From Acidobacteriota bacterium (GTDB taxonomy: Bacteria; Acidobacteriota; UBA6911; RPQK01; JAJDTT01): a stretch of 64,000 nt of DNA. Location of the stretch: assembly GCA_965231825.1 (NCBI GenBank), contig OZ246889.1, positions 4,441,859 through 4,505,858 of the forward strand, given 5' to 3'. Under the pieces are notes generated by a model, which was not told the origin of the DNA, did no database searches, and was given only the letters and a program-made list of their open reading frames with translations. The first letter of the stretch is position 1; each line of letters begins with the position of its first letter. Below are positions 36,394 through 45,237 of the stretch, piece after piece. A program made the position numbers and the translations under genes.

Positions 36394-38198
36394 CGTTTCG
36401 CCATTGCTGTTCCGCTACCCCGATAGAGCACCGTATACCGGTCGACGGGCAGGCCGCTCCACTCCTCCTGTGTTCCGTCCGTCCATTCGGCGCGAACCTT
36501 CAAAACCTGCGTTTCGTCTCCGAGTCCGAAGAGCAGCCTGGGATCGTTGGAGGAGGCGTAGCTCCCGTCGGTCCGGACCCGCCGCCACAGAGTCCGCCCT
36601 CCATTCAGGAATACGGCGACTCGAGTGCCCAGCAGGTCCCTCTTGAGCCGCCGGTCCATCAACCGCAGTCCCAGCCAATGGCGCCGCTGGCCGGTCTGGT
36701 TGATCAACAGCCTCGCCCGGCCGTTGTTGTTGACCACCAGGACATCCGTGTCGCCATCGTTGTCCACATCCCCGAAGGCACCGCCCCGGCTCACTCCCGA
36801 GAGCTCGAAGACCGGGCCGGCCCCACTCGTCACGTCCTCGAACTGGTCACCGTCCAGGTTGCGAAAGAGTTGATTGGGCTGATGAAGCGGGTAGGGATCG
36901 TTGTCCTTGGCCAGGGCCTCGAGGGTTGAGACATGGCCGTTCAGAGCCAGGACGTCCAGCCAGCCGTCGTTGTCGTAGTCCAGAAAGGCCGTTCCGAATC
37001 CTGTAAAGGGGACGCTCGGGGGCGCGAGCTGGGTACCCGAGGACTGGTCCTCGAACCAGCCGCTGCCGTCGTTCCGGTAGAGGGTGTTGGTCTCGTTCAG
37101 GAGATGCGTCATGAACAGATCTTCGTCGCCGTCGTTGTCGAAGTCCGCTGCATCCACGCCCATGCTCGACTCCGCCTTCCCGTCCTTGTTGAAGGCGCAG
37201 CCGGCCAGCAACGCCTCGTTGCTGAAGGTCCCGTCCTTCTGGTTCATCCAGAGATGATTGGGACGCTGGTCGTTGGCCACATAGAGGTCGATCCAGCCGT
37301 CCTGGTTGAAGTCGGCCGTGACCACCCCCAGGGAACCATTGTATTGGCGCGCGATCTGGGACGCGGCTGATGCATCTTCGAAGGTCCCGTCTCCCCGGTT
37401 GCGAAACAACTGGTCCGGGACCGGCTCGTAACTGAGCGGACCGCAATAGTCGACGCGTCCCGTCGAACCGAAACAGGCCTTGGTGTGTGAGAAGTTGAAG
37501 TCGACGTAATTGCCGACGAAGAGGTCGAGCCACCCGTCGCGATCGTAGTCCAGGAATGCCGCGCTGACGCTCCAGCGGGTCGCCGCCTTCGGCATCGCGG
37601 CCTCGGTGAAGCTGCCGTTCCCGTTGTTGCGAAACAGTTGGTTCCGTCCGAAGTTGGTGACATAGAGATCGATCCAGCCATCGTTGTCGACATCGGCCGC
37701 CGCCACTCCCATGCCGTATCCGATGGCCTCGATGCCACTGGCGTCGGTGACGTCGGTGAAGCGCAGGTTCCGGCTCCCGTCCGCCCGAAGCTCAAGGTCG
37801 TTTCGGTACAAGCGGTCTCTCGGGGGCAACGGGACCCGGGGCGGAAATAGCGAGTCCTGCAGACTCTTTTCCGGCCCCAGCATGTTGCCCTGAACGATAT
37901 AGAGGTCCAGGTCTCCGTCGTTGTCGTAATCGAACAGGGCGCCGCCGGACCCCACCATCTCACAGTAGTACTTTTCTCCCGACATCCCGTTGAAGTGGAC
38001 GAAATCGATCCCCGCCGCCTGGGCCTGATCGCGGAAGAGGACCGTGCCGGAGTCCGATCCGGCCAGAGGTGCCAAGCTCGCTTGCAGGAAAAGAACAACG
38101 AAGAGCCCGCGCCACCCTCGGAGGGCGAACCGAAGCCCCACCGCGGCATGCCTTGCATCGAGTGGGTTCCGCACATCCCCGTCTGGTGTTTTCGTCAT
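36390..38198 (-). CDS. CRTAC1-family protein (FG-GAP + ASPIC/UnbV), tandem paralog B
   Basis: As for paralog A. 4-bp overlap with the downstream paralog. Confidence 0.8.
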   Translation of the reverse strand: MTKTPDGDVRNPLDARHAAVGLRFALRGWRGLFVVLFLQASLAPLAGSDSGTVLFRDQAQAAGIDFVHFNGMSGEKYYCEMVGSGGALFDYDNDGDLDLYIVQGNMLGPEKSLQDSLFPPRVPLPPRDRLYRNDLELRADGSRNLRFTDVTDASGIEAIGYGMGVAAADVDNDGWIDLYVTNFGRNQLFRNNGNGSFTEAAMPKAATRWSVSAAFLDYDRDGWLDLFVGNYVDFNFSHTKACFGSTGRVDYCGPLSYEPVPDQLFRNRGDGTFEDASAASQIARQYNGSLGVVTADFNQDGWIDLYVANDQRPNHLWMNQKDGTFSNEALLAGCAFNKDGKAESSMGVDAADFDNDGDEDLFMTHLLNETNTLYRNDGSGWFEDQSSGTQLAPPSVPFTGFGTAFLDYDNDGWLDVLALNGHVSTLEALAKDNDPYPLHQPNQLFRNLDGDQFEDVTSGAGPVFELSGVSRGGAFGDVDNDGDTDVLVVNNNGRARLLINQTGQRRHWLGLRLMDRRLKRDLLGTRVAVFLNGGRTLWRRVRTDGSYASSNDPRLLFGLGDETQVLKVRAEWTDGTQEEWSGLPVDRYTVLYRGSGTAMAKR

Positions 38199-38213
38199 CG
38201 GGAATCCGTGTAC

Positions 38214-38648
38214 CTATCCAATCGGATCAACGACGGTCAAAAACGGGAACCGATTGAAATCGGCGTCTCGGGTGCAAATCCGGCTGATGCCATGTTCCCG
38301 CATCAACACGGCAGTATGGAGATCGTGCAAGAGGTTGCCGCCGAGATCTGGAAATTCCTTCAGGGTCCAGGCCAATACCGTGGCGTGGCGCTCGGTTGCC
38401 ACCAGCAGGCCGAAGCCCGGCGACTCCAGCAACGCTCGTAGAAAACCCCACGACTCCCCCGGCGTCCAAGGGAATCTCGAGACTCGCGGGTGCGTCGTCA
38501 CCCGCAGGAACTCGTAACAGACGTTCCAAGTGAGAAAAGCGGGCGACGGATCGTCGCGAGCCTGCATGACGGTTCGGCGGCAGCGATCATGAAACGGGGA
38601 ATCTGCGTCGACCGCGTAGACCAGAACGTTGGTGTCGAAGACCAGCAC
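38214..38648 (-). CDS. vapC: PIN-domain ribonuclease toxin VapC
   Basis: MLVFDTNVLVYA...D start with the first acidic PIN residue. Conserved later D/E residues. 144 aa. Directly follows the small antitoxin gene. Confidence 0.75.
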   Translation of the reverse strand: MLVFDTNVLVYAVDADSPFHDRCRRTVMQARDDPSPAFLTWNVCYEFLRVTTHPRVSRFPWTPGESWGFLRALLESPGFGLLVATERHATVLAWTLKEFPDLGGNLLHDLHTAVLMREHGISRICTRDADFNRFPFLTVVDPIG

Positions 38649-38888
38649 TCACGCCTCGTCCATGGTTCGGTAGAGGGCCTCCCGGTCGGCGATGTCGACC
38701 TGGAGCCCCCCGCTTTTCCAGGTCGGCAACGGTGGCAGGGGTTCCCATCCATCGTCGATTTTCGTACTCCCGGCGAGGACACGCCGGAGTCCCGCCTCAA
38801 CGAGAGCGGACATGGTGGTTCCGCGCCGGGCCGCTTCTTCCCGTAGCCGCTGCATCACCGTATCGTCGATGTTGAGGGTCGTTTTCAT
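38649..38888 (-). CDS. vapB: VapB-type antitoxin (ribbon-helix-helix-like)
   Basis: MKTTLNIDDTVMQRLREEAARRGTTMSALVEAGLRRVL is a typical VapB/CopG-like N-terminus. Abuts the vapC start. Confidence 0.55.
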   Translation of the reverse strand: MKTTLNIDDTVMQRLREEAARRGTTMSALVEAGLRRVLAGSTKIDDGWEPLPPLPTWKSGGLQVDIADREALYRTMDEA

Positions 38889-38960
38889 ATGGAAAACCAT
38901 ACTCGCTGGATCTCTGAAGCGTCAACCGAAACGGGCGACGCCTCATGCTATGATGCGCGG

Positions 38961-39941
38961 ATGAGCCAAGGACTGAAGGTGCTGTTTCTTCCCCTGCCTG
39001 GTTTGTTTGAGCGTTGGGGGTCCGACGTGGTCGCCGCCGTGACGAAGAATCACGACCTGCGCATCGCCGATTACGACCAGCCCCTGGCCCCGCAGTTCGA
39101 AGGGATCGACGCCGTCATCGATCATGGCGGATCGGTGGGAACCCGGGAGATGGTCGATCTCGCGGCGGCGGGCAAGGTCCAGCATTGGCAGATCCTGGGG
39201 ACCGGGTTCGACCACTTCGACCTCGAATACTGGAAGTCGAAGGGAATGCCGGTTTCCAATTGCCCCGGAGCCTTCAGCGCCGTGGCCCTGGCCGACTGCG
39301 CCATGATGTTCATTCTGATGCTGGCCCGCAGGTACCAGGAATCAAAGGAAGTTCTGGATAGCGGCAAACTCTACCGGCCGATGGGCGCCGAGATGGAGGG
39401 GTGGAAGCTGGGCATTCTCGGTCTCGGGGCCAGCGGCATCGAACTGGCGAAACGCGCCCCGGGCTTCGGGATGAAGACTCTCGCCATCGACATCCGGGAC
39501 ATCGGGCCTGATGAGGTGAGCGAGCTGGGACTGGAGTTCGCCGGAATGCCCTCCGACATGGACGACGTTATCGCCCAATCGGATGTCGTCTCCCTGCATC
39601 TTCATCTGAACCAGGAGACCCGGCACATCATCGACGAGCGCCGGCTGAAGTTAATGAAGTCCTCTGCGTTCCTGGTCAACGTCTCCCGTGGAGAGCTGGT
39701 GGACGAGGCGGCTCTGGAGCAGGCCCTTGTGGAAGACTGGATCGGCGGCGCCGGAATCGACGTCTACAGCCAGGAACCGCCCGACCTGTCCTCGGCCATC
39801 TTCCGGTTGCCGAATGCGGTGACCACGCCCCACATCGCCGGGGTCACCGACGGCACCTCGCGCAAGCGGGCGGCCTGTGCTGCCGAGAACCTGGACCGGC
39901 TCGCCGCGGGACTGGAGCCGCTGTACCGGATCGACCAGTGA
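38961..39941 (+). CDS. D-isomer-specific 2-hydroxyacid dehydrogenase family (NAD-binding)
   Basis: GILGLGASGIELAKRA Rossmann motif. VNVSRGELVDEAAL. TPHIAG catalytic His region. Confidence 0.75.
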   Translation: MSQGLKVLFLPLPGLFERWGSDVVAAVTKNHDLRIADYDQPLAPQFEGIDAVIDHGGSVGTREMVDLAAAGKVQHWQILGTGFDHFDLEYWKSKGMPVSNCPGAFSAVALADCAMMFILMLARRYQESKEVLDSGKLYRPMGAEMEGWKLGILGLGASGIELAKRAPGFGMKTLAIDIRDIGPDEVSELGLEFAGMPSDMDDVIAQSDVVSLHLHLNQETRHIIDERRLKLMKSSAFLVNVSRGELVDEAALEQALVEDWIGGAGIDVYSQEPPDLSSAIFRLPNAVTTPHIAGVTDGTSRKRAACAAENLDRLAAGLEPLYRIDQ

Positions 39942-40002
39942 CGAACTCCCAGTCGGCGGTCCTGTCCGGCGTTCGTTGCTGAATGCCCGGCCCGCCGGCT
40001 TC

Positions 40003-40776
40003 TCAGTCCGCTTCGGCAAACAATCCCGCCGCCGGCAACCGGACCGAAAACCAGTCGTCCCCTTCCTCGAACGAGATCCGTTTCTGAAAAGACGCCGGCG
40101 TCTTCCGAATCTCCTGGCAATGGGCCAGATACTTTCCTATCTTCAACTGGAGCGGAATGGTCCGGACGGACCGCAACGTCAGCTTGGCTGGCGCAAGCAG
40201 ATCCCTATAGTCCTCAAGCGAATAGTAGGCCACGTGACCGGCCGATTCCCGCTCCGCGGCAGCGAACACGTCGTTCAGCATCGTCTGAAACCGGCCGGCT
40301 TGGGGAAGAACCTCGACGATCAAATAGACTCCACCCGCTTTGAGAATCCTGCGAACCTCGCAGAAATGGGCGGCCAGGTCGGGATAGTGGTGGAGTGAGA
40401 ATCGGCAGACCGCCGAGTCGAACACGGCATTGGGAAAAGGGAGGTCCGACTCCGCCGAAACGATGTAATCGATGCTCGCGGTCCGGTCCAGCTCCTTGGC
40501 CCTGGCGATGACCTTGGGCGAGATGTCGAGTCCGCACACCGTGGCTTGGGGATGGAGTCGCCTCAGATGAGACGCGACGTTTCCTGTCCCGCACCCCATG
40601 TCGAGTAACTTGGGCTCCGGCAACAGCGGCAGCGACTTGAGCAGGCTCAGCGTCTGGTCGTCATCCTGAATGGAAGGCGGGGAAACGTCCCTGTAACGTT
40701 CCAGCTCGGCTTCGAAGAAAGTCCGGCTTCGCCTTCGGATCTCCTCGGCCGTGCGGGGAACGAGGGGTTCGACCAC
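40003..40776 (-). CDS. class I SAM-dependent methyltransferase
   Basis: LLDMGCGTGNVASHL motif I. Methyltransf_11-like size and motif order. Confidence 0.7.
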   Translation of the reverse strand: MVEPLVPRTAEEIRRRSRTFFEAELERYRDVSPPSIQDDDQTLSLLKSLPLLPEPKLLDMGCGTGNVASHLRRLHPQATVCGLDISPKVIARAKELDRTASIDYIVSAESDLPFPNAVFDSAVCRFSLHHYPDLAAHFCEVRRILKAGGVYLIVEVLPQAGRFQTMLNDVFAAAERESAGHVAYYSLEDYRDLLAPAKLTLRSVRTIPLQLKIGKYLAHCQEIRKTPASFQKRISFEEGDDWFSVRLPAAGLFAEAD

Positions 40777-40807
40777 GCTTTGTCTTCCGTCGTCCAGCTA
40801 CGGGCCT

Positions 40808-42061
40808 TCAGCGGTGTATGAACGGCCGGGATCGATCCTGGGGCACAAGATCGCGGTATCCGTCTCCGGTGATCACCAGGGAACGCTCCATCTGCAGCGA
40901 ACCGACGCCCGGCAGAAACATGGAGGCCTCCAGGTTCAGGACCATGTTCTCTTCCATAGGCATGTCCGATGCCACGTCTATGCAATCGTCGCGTACCCGC
41001 AAACCGTTGTCGGCCACGACGGTGGGATAGTCCCGAACGTCAATACCGACCCCATGGCCATGAGGATAGGACGCAGTCAGTCCCAACTCTTCAAGGACCT
41101 GCCACATGGCGCCCCGGACGGCCGAGCAGCGGACTCCCGGCTTCATCGCATCGATCCCCGCCGCAACACTGTCCCGCACCGCTTCGAAGCGGCGCATCAG
41201 AGGCTCGGACAGCTCCTTCAGGGCGAATGTGGTTCCGGTGTCCGAGAAGCAACGCCGGTAGATGCAACCGAAATCCACCATCATGACGTCGTCTTCCCCC
41301 AGGGCGTAGTCCGGTTCGGTGGCCATGCCGAGCCCGCCCAATCCGATACAGAAATGATCGAAGTCGGCGCCCTCCCGGGCCGCCAGGAACCGGTAACGGT
41401 CATTCATTTCTCCCAGCGACGTTCCCGGTCGCGCTTCCGAAAGGACCTGCATCCCGGCCTGCTCGTTGATCTCTGCCGATCGGGTCAATAGGTCGATCTC
41501 GTAATCATTTTTGACCATGCGAATCAGTCGAATCAGGTTCGATGCGTCGAGCAGGGCGGCTCCTGGAAGTGCCTGGGCCAACTCTTCCTTCCGTTCCGTC
41601 GTCACCTCTTCCAACTCCACGCCGAGCCGTCCCCCAGTCAAGCCCCTTGCTTCGAGGATCGGCACCAGCGCCTCCACGGAACTGGACGCCCGCGGCGGCG
41701 CCAGCAGCAGATCGTGGATCCGGCGGTAGTTGTCCGGCAGGTCGTCGGAGGTGAGAGTGTCGTCCACTCCCGAGTCGCCGAAAACATGGAGATCGTGGAC
41801 CCAGAGGTCCGCGCCGTTCACGGCGAAGAGGGGATTGAGCACCAGCGCCGGCTCCCCCTCCAGGGGGAAAACCGCGTAACCGGGTAGAGCCAGGCTGGCC
41901 GGGGCTCCCGGCTGCAGCATATAGCCCCGAATGGTCGGGTCCAACCAGCAGAAATAACCGGTGAAATAGGTGATGTTCAGATGGGAGGCGGCGATCAGAG
42001 CATCGAGACCGCACTCCCGCATGAAGACTCTGGCCCGCTCCTGGTTGAAGAACATGTCCAA
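40808..42061 (-). CDS. M24-family metallopeptidase (Xaa-Pro aminopeptidase/creatinase-like)
   Basis: Creatinase-like N-domain plus pita-bread C-domain with HGHGVGIDVRDYP metal-ligand region. Confidence 0.75.
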   Translation of the reverse strand: MDMFFNQERARVFMRECGLDALIAASHLNITYFTGYFCWLDPTIRGYMLQPGAPASLALPGYAVFPLEGEPALVLNPLFAVNGADLWVHDLHVFGDSGVDDTLTSDDLPDNYRRIHDLLLAPPRASSSVEALVPILEARGLTGGRLGVELEEVTTERKEELAQALPGAALLDASNLIRLIRMVKNDYEIDLLTRSAEINEQAGMQVLSEARPGTSLGEMNDRYRFLAAREGADFDHFCIGLGGLGMATEPDYALGEDDVMMVDFGCIYRRCFSDTGTTFALKELSEPLMRRFEAVRDSVAAGIDAMKPGVRCSAVRGAMWQVLEELGLTASYPHGHGVGIDVRDYPTVVADNGLRVRDDCIDVASDMPMEENMVLNLEASMFLPGVGSLQMERSLVITGDGYRDLVPQDRSRPFIHR

Positions 42062-42097
42062 GACTCCCGGCAGGTTCGGTTTGGGCTCGTAGCGAGC

Positions 42098-43441
42098 TTA
42101 TTTCAGATTTCGGGTCCACGACCGGCCGATCTCTTCCAGGGATCGGCCCTTGGTCTCGGGGACCATCTTCCATCCGAACAGGACGGCAAAGATACAGACC
42201 GCCATAAAGATCCAGAACGCGTACGCCTCGGTTCCCAGGTCCTCTTTGAAGTAGGACATCATGGGGGGCAACACCTGGGCGCCGAGATAGGCCGACACCC
42301 AGAGGCCCAGCGCCGCCACCTGCATGGCCTTGGCCCGCAGGTGTGTGGGGAAAATCTCGGACATGATCAACCAGGCCAGAGGCGCCAGGCTGATGACGTA
42401 GCCTCCCACCACCAGGAACATGGTGAGCAGAAGGAAGATGCCGGCCAGATCGAAGTAGAAGAAGATCCCCATGAGCAGGAAGCCCACCGCCATGGCGGAG
42501 GTTCCCGCCATCATCAGCGGGCGCCTGCCGTAACGATCCACGGCCCAGAGTCCGATGCAGGTCCAGGTCAGGTTCCAGACGTTGACGATGATGGACTGCA
42601 GGATGGCGTCGGAGATGTTCTCGAAGCCTGCCCGCTGGAAGATGAGCGGAGTGTGAAACAGCAGGGGGCTGGTCCCGCTCAACTGTTGGAGGACGGCTAG
42701 GGTCAAGGCAATGAAGAGGGCCGTCCTCATGCCCGGCTTGACCAGATCGCGAAAGCTCCCCAGCTTCTCCTTCAGCGACCGGGCGATCTCCTCCAGCTCC
42801 GCCGTAGCGTACGCGCTCCCGCCGATCCGGGTCAGCACATCCCGCGCCTCCTCCTTCCGATTCACCTGGGCGAACCATCTGGGGCTCTCGGGCACGAAGG
42901 TCAGGCCGATGAGCAAAATCACGATGGGGACCAGCTCGGACGCGAACATCCAACGCCAGGACCCGATCAATGAGAGATAGTAGGAGACGATGATGGAGGA
43001 CAACGAGCCGACCACGATGGCCACCTGGTTGACGAGAACCAGACGCCCCCGCATCCGGGCCGGCGCCACCTCCGCGATGTACATGGGCGAGATGATGGAG
43101 GCCAGACCCACTCCGACGCCGCCGACAATCCGGAAGATGTAGAACTCCGTCATTGTCCGGGGCAGAGCGGTCCCGATAGCCGAGACTCCGAACAGGACGG
43201 CGCAAAAGACGAGGGCCTTCTTTCTACCCCAGCGATCGGTGAGGCCGCCTCCCACGAGCGGACCGATGATGCACCCGATGACGGCGCTGCTGACGGCGAA
43301 TCCCAGCCAGAACGGGCTCAAGGCGAACTCTTCCTTCAAGAAGAGGCTGGCGCCGGCGATGATGGAGAGGTCGTATCCGAAGATGAATCCGCCGACGGCG
43401 GCCACCAGAGCGACACCGTAGAGGTAAGTTGTTCGTACCAT
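42098..43441 (-). CDS. MFS sugar porter family transporter
   Basis: GGFIFGYDLSIIAGA, GRKKALV and PESPRWF sugar-porter signatures. 12 predicted TM segments. Confidence 0.8.
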   Translation of the reverse strand: MVRTTYLYGVALVAAVGGFIFGYDLSIIAGASLFLKEEFALSPFWLGFAVSSAVIGCIIGPLVGGGLTDRWGRKKALVFCAVLFGVSAIGTALPRTMTEFYIFRIVGGVGVGLASIISPMYIAEVAPARMRGRLVLVNQVAIVVGSLSSIIVSYYLSLIGSWRWMFASELVPIVILLIGLTFVPESPRWFAQVNRKEEARDVLTRIGGSAYATAELEEIARSLKEKLGSFRDLVKPGMRTALFIALTLAVLQQLSGTSPLLFHTPLIFQRAGFENISDAILQSIIVNVWNLTWTCIGLWAVDRYGRRPLMMAGTSAMAVGFLLMGIFFYFDLAGIFLLLTMFLVVGGYVISLAPLAWLIMSEIFPTHLRAKAMQVAALGLWVSAYLGAQVLPPMMSYFKEDLGTEAYAFWIFMAVCIFAVLFGWKMVPETKGRSLEEIGRSWTRNLK

Positions 43442-43652
43442 GTGTGAGGAGTATATGCAGTCCGCTGGTTATTGTCCTGCGGGTTGCTGAGGTTGGAGTT
43501 TCGCCCGGCCAGGGCAGGCGCGTGACTTGATCTGAATTCGGTCCGTCCATGATAATCGGCCCGTCCTGAGGCGAGGATGACCGGGCCATCACGTTCCGGC
43601 CGAGCCCCTCAGGAGTCTGATCGAAACGAGTTCCCAACCAGGAGGAGTCGGA

Positions 43653-44114
43653 ATGGAATGGGTAAGGAATCTTGACCACGTAGCGGTCACCGTCAGCGAC
43701 TTGGATCGCTCGCTTCGCTTCTACTGCGACGTGCTCGGTTTCAAGGAGGTCGAACGGCACCTGCTGGAAGGGGAGATGATCTCCAAGATGGCGGCCAAGG
43801 AGAACGTGGTCATGCAGGTGGTCCGGCTGGCCATTCCCGAGACGCCTGGAATTCTGGTGGACCTGCAGCTCTATGTCGAACCCCCGGGTGAAAACTCCAA
43901 CGCCGTTCTGGGCATGTCCAACCAGGGGCACTTCTGCTTCGGGGTGAAGGATATGGATCGAGCGTATCGGGAGCTCACTGAAGCCGGAGTGGAGTTCGTC
44001 TCCGAACCGGTGGTCTTCGACTTGGGTGACGACTGGGAATACGGCGCCCTCAAGGTCGTCTTCTTCAAGGACCCGGATGGGTTCGTGCTGGAATTGATGG
44101 AGTTCACCGACTGA
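43653..44114 (+). CDS. VOC-family (glyoxalase/bleomycin-resistance/dioxygenase) protein
   Basis: LDHVAVTVSDLDRSLRFYCDVLGF...HFCFGVKDMDRAYREL, typical of paired beta-alpha-beta-beta-beta VOC modules. Confidence 0.7.
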   Translation: MEWVRNLDHVAVTVSDLDRSLRFYCDVLGFKEVERHLLEGEMISKMAAKENVVMQVVRLAIPETPGILVDLQLYVEPPGENSNAVLGMSNQGHFCFGVKDMDRAYRELTEAGVEFVSEPVVFDLGDDWEYGALKVVFFKDPDGFVLELMEFTD

Positions 44115-44145
44115 GGCCGGGACACGAACAGGGGAGCGAACCACC

Positions 44146-44946
44146 ATGGCCAGATATCCGGAAATCGAGGGACAAACCGCGTTGGTCACCGGAGCCGCGC
44201 GCAGCATCGGCCGGGCCATCGCCATGCGCCTGGCCCGGGAAGGGGCGCAGGTGGCGGTGGCGGACATTGACCGGGACGGCGCCGAGTCCGTGGCGACGGA
44301 GATTCGCACGGCGGGCGGGAAGGCGATGGGTCTGCAGGCGGACGTGACGTGCTCCGGCGACGTCGACGCCATGATCGCCGCGACGGTGGAAGGCTTCGGC
44401 AAGCTGGACATCCTCGTGGCCAACGCCGGGATCGGCATCGTCGCACGCCTGATCGACACCGATGAAGCGAGTTGGGACCGGCTCATGGCCGTCAATGCCA
44501 AGGGGGTCTTCCTCTGTTGCACGGCTGCGGGCCGGCAAATGATCCGGCAGGGTCACGGCGGGCGGATCGTCATCAATGCTTCGGGGGCCGGCAAGATTGC
44601 ACCGGGGAAGAACACGCCATTGGGCGCCTACGCCGCCAGCAAGCACGCGGCGATTGGGTTCGGGAAGCAACTCGGACTGGAGTTGTCCGACCACCAGATC
44701 CTGGTCAACAGCATCTGCGGCGGCATCATCGATACGCCCATGTGGGACCTGATCGACCGTGAGACCGCCCGGATTCTGGGCGTTCCCGAGGGATCGGTCA
44801 AAGCGGGCGCCGTGGACAGCATTCCGCTGGGCCGGATTCAGCAGCCGGAGGACATGGCCAACGTGGTGGCGTTCCTCTGTTCCGACGATGCCGGCTACAT
44901 TACGTCCAGCGCCATGAACGTCGAGGGCGGGTTGCTGCCGTACTAG
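44146..44946 (+). CDS. SDR-family oxidoreductase
   Basis: TALVTGAARSIGRAIA (TGxxxGxG). NAGIG. YAASKHAAIGF (YxxxK). Confidence 0.85.
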   Translation: MARYPEIEGQTALVTGAARSIGRAIAMRLAREGAQVAVADIDRDGAESVATEIRTAGGKAMGLQADVTCSGDVDAMIAATVEGFGKLDILVANAGIGIVARLIDTDEASWDRLMAVNAKGVFLCCTAAGRQMIRQGHGGRIVINASGAGKIAPGKNTPLGAYAASKHAAIGFGKQLGLELSDHQILVNSICGGIIDTPMWDLIDRETARILGVPEGSVKAGAVDSIPLGRIQQPEDMANVVAFLCSDDAGYITSSAMNVEGGLLPY

Positions 44947-45237
44947 CGATGATCACGTTCATCGAAGCTCTGAATTACCGTTGCCTGCGGTCTGTTTCCA
45001 GACCCCTCGACTCTTTTCACGTTCTAGGAGCCTGCGCCGCAGAACTTGATCTACTGCGAAAGCGGTGAATCGGTCCATATTTCCCCGATTTCTCGGCGAA
45101 TAGAACTACTATGCACCTCCAAATCGTGAAAATCCGGCCTGATTCTCCACTATCTCGCTACGATCATTTCTACGGCGCAGATTCCTAGTTCCCGGTAATT
45201 GAGTTCATTCGCGCGTAAACATCGAAGTCGCCAGAAG

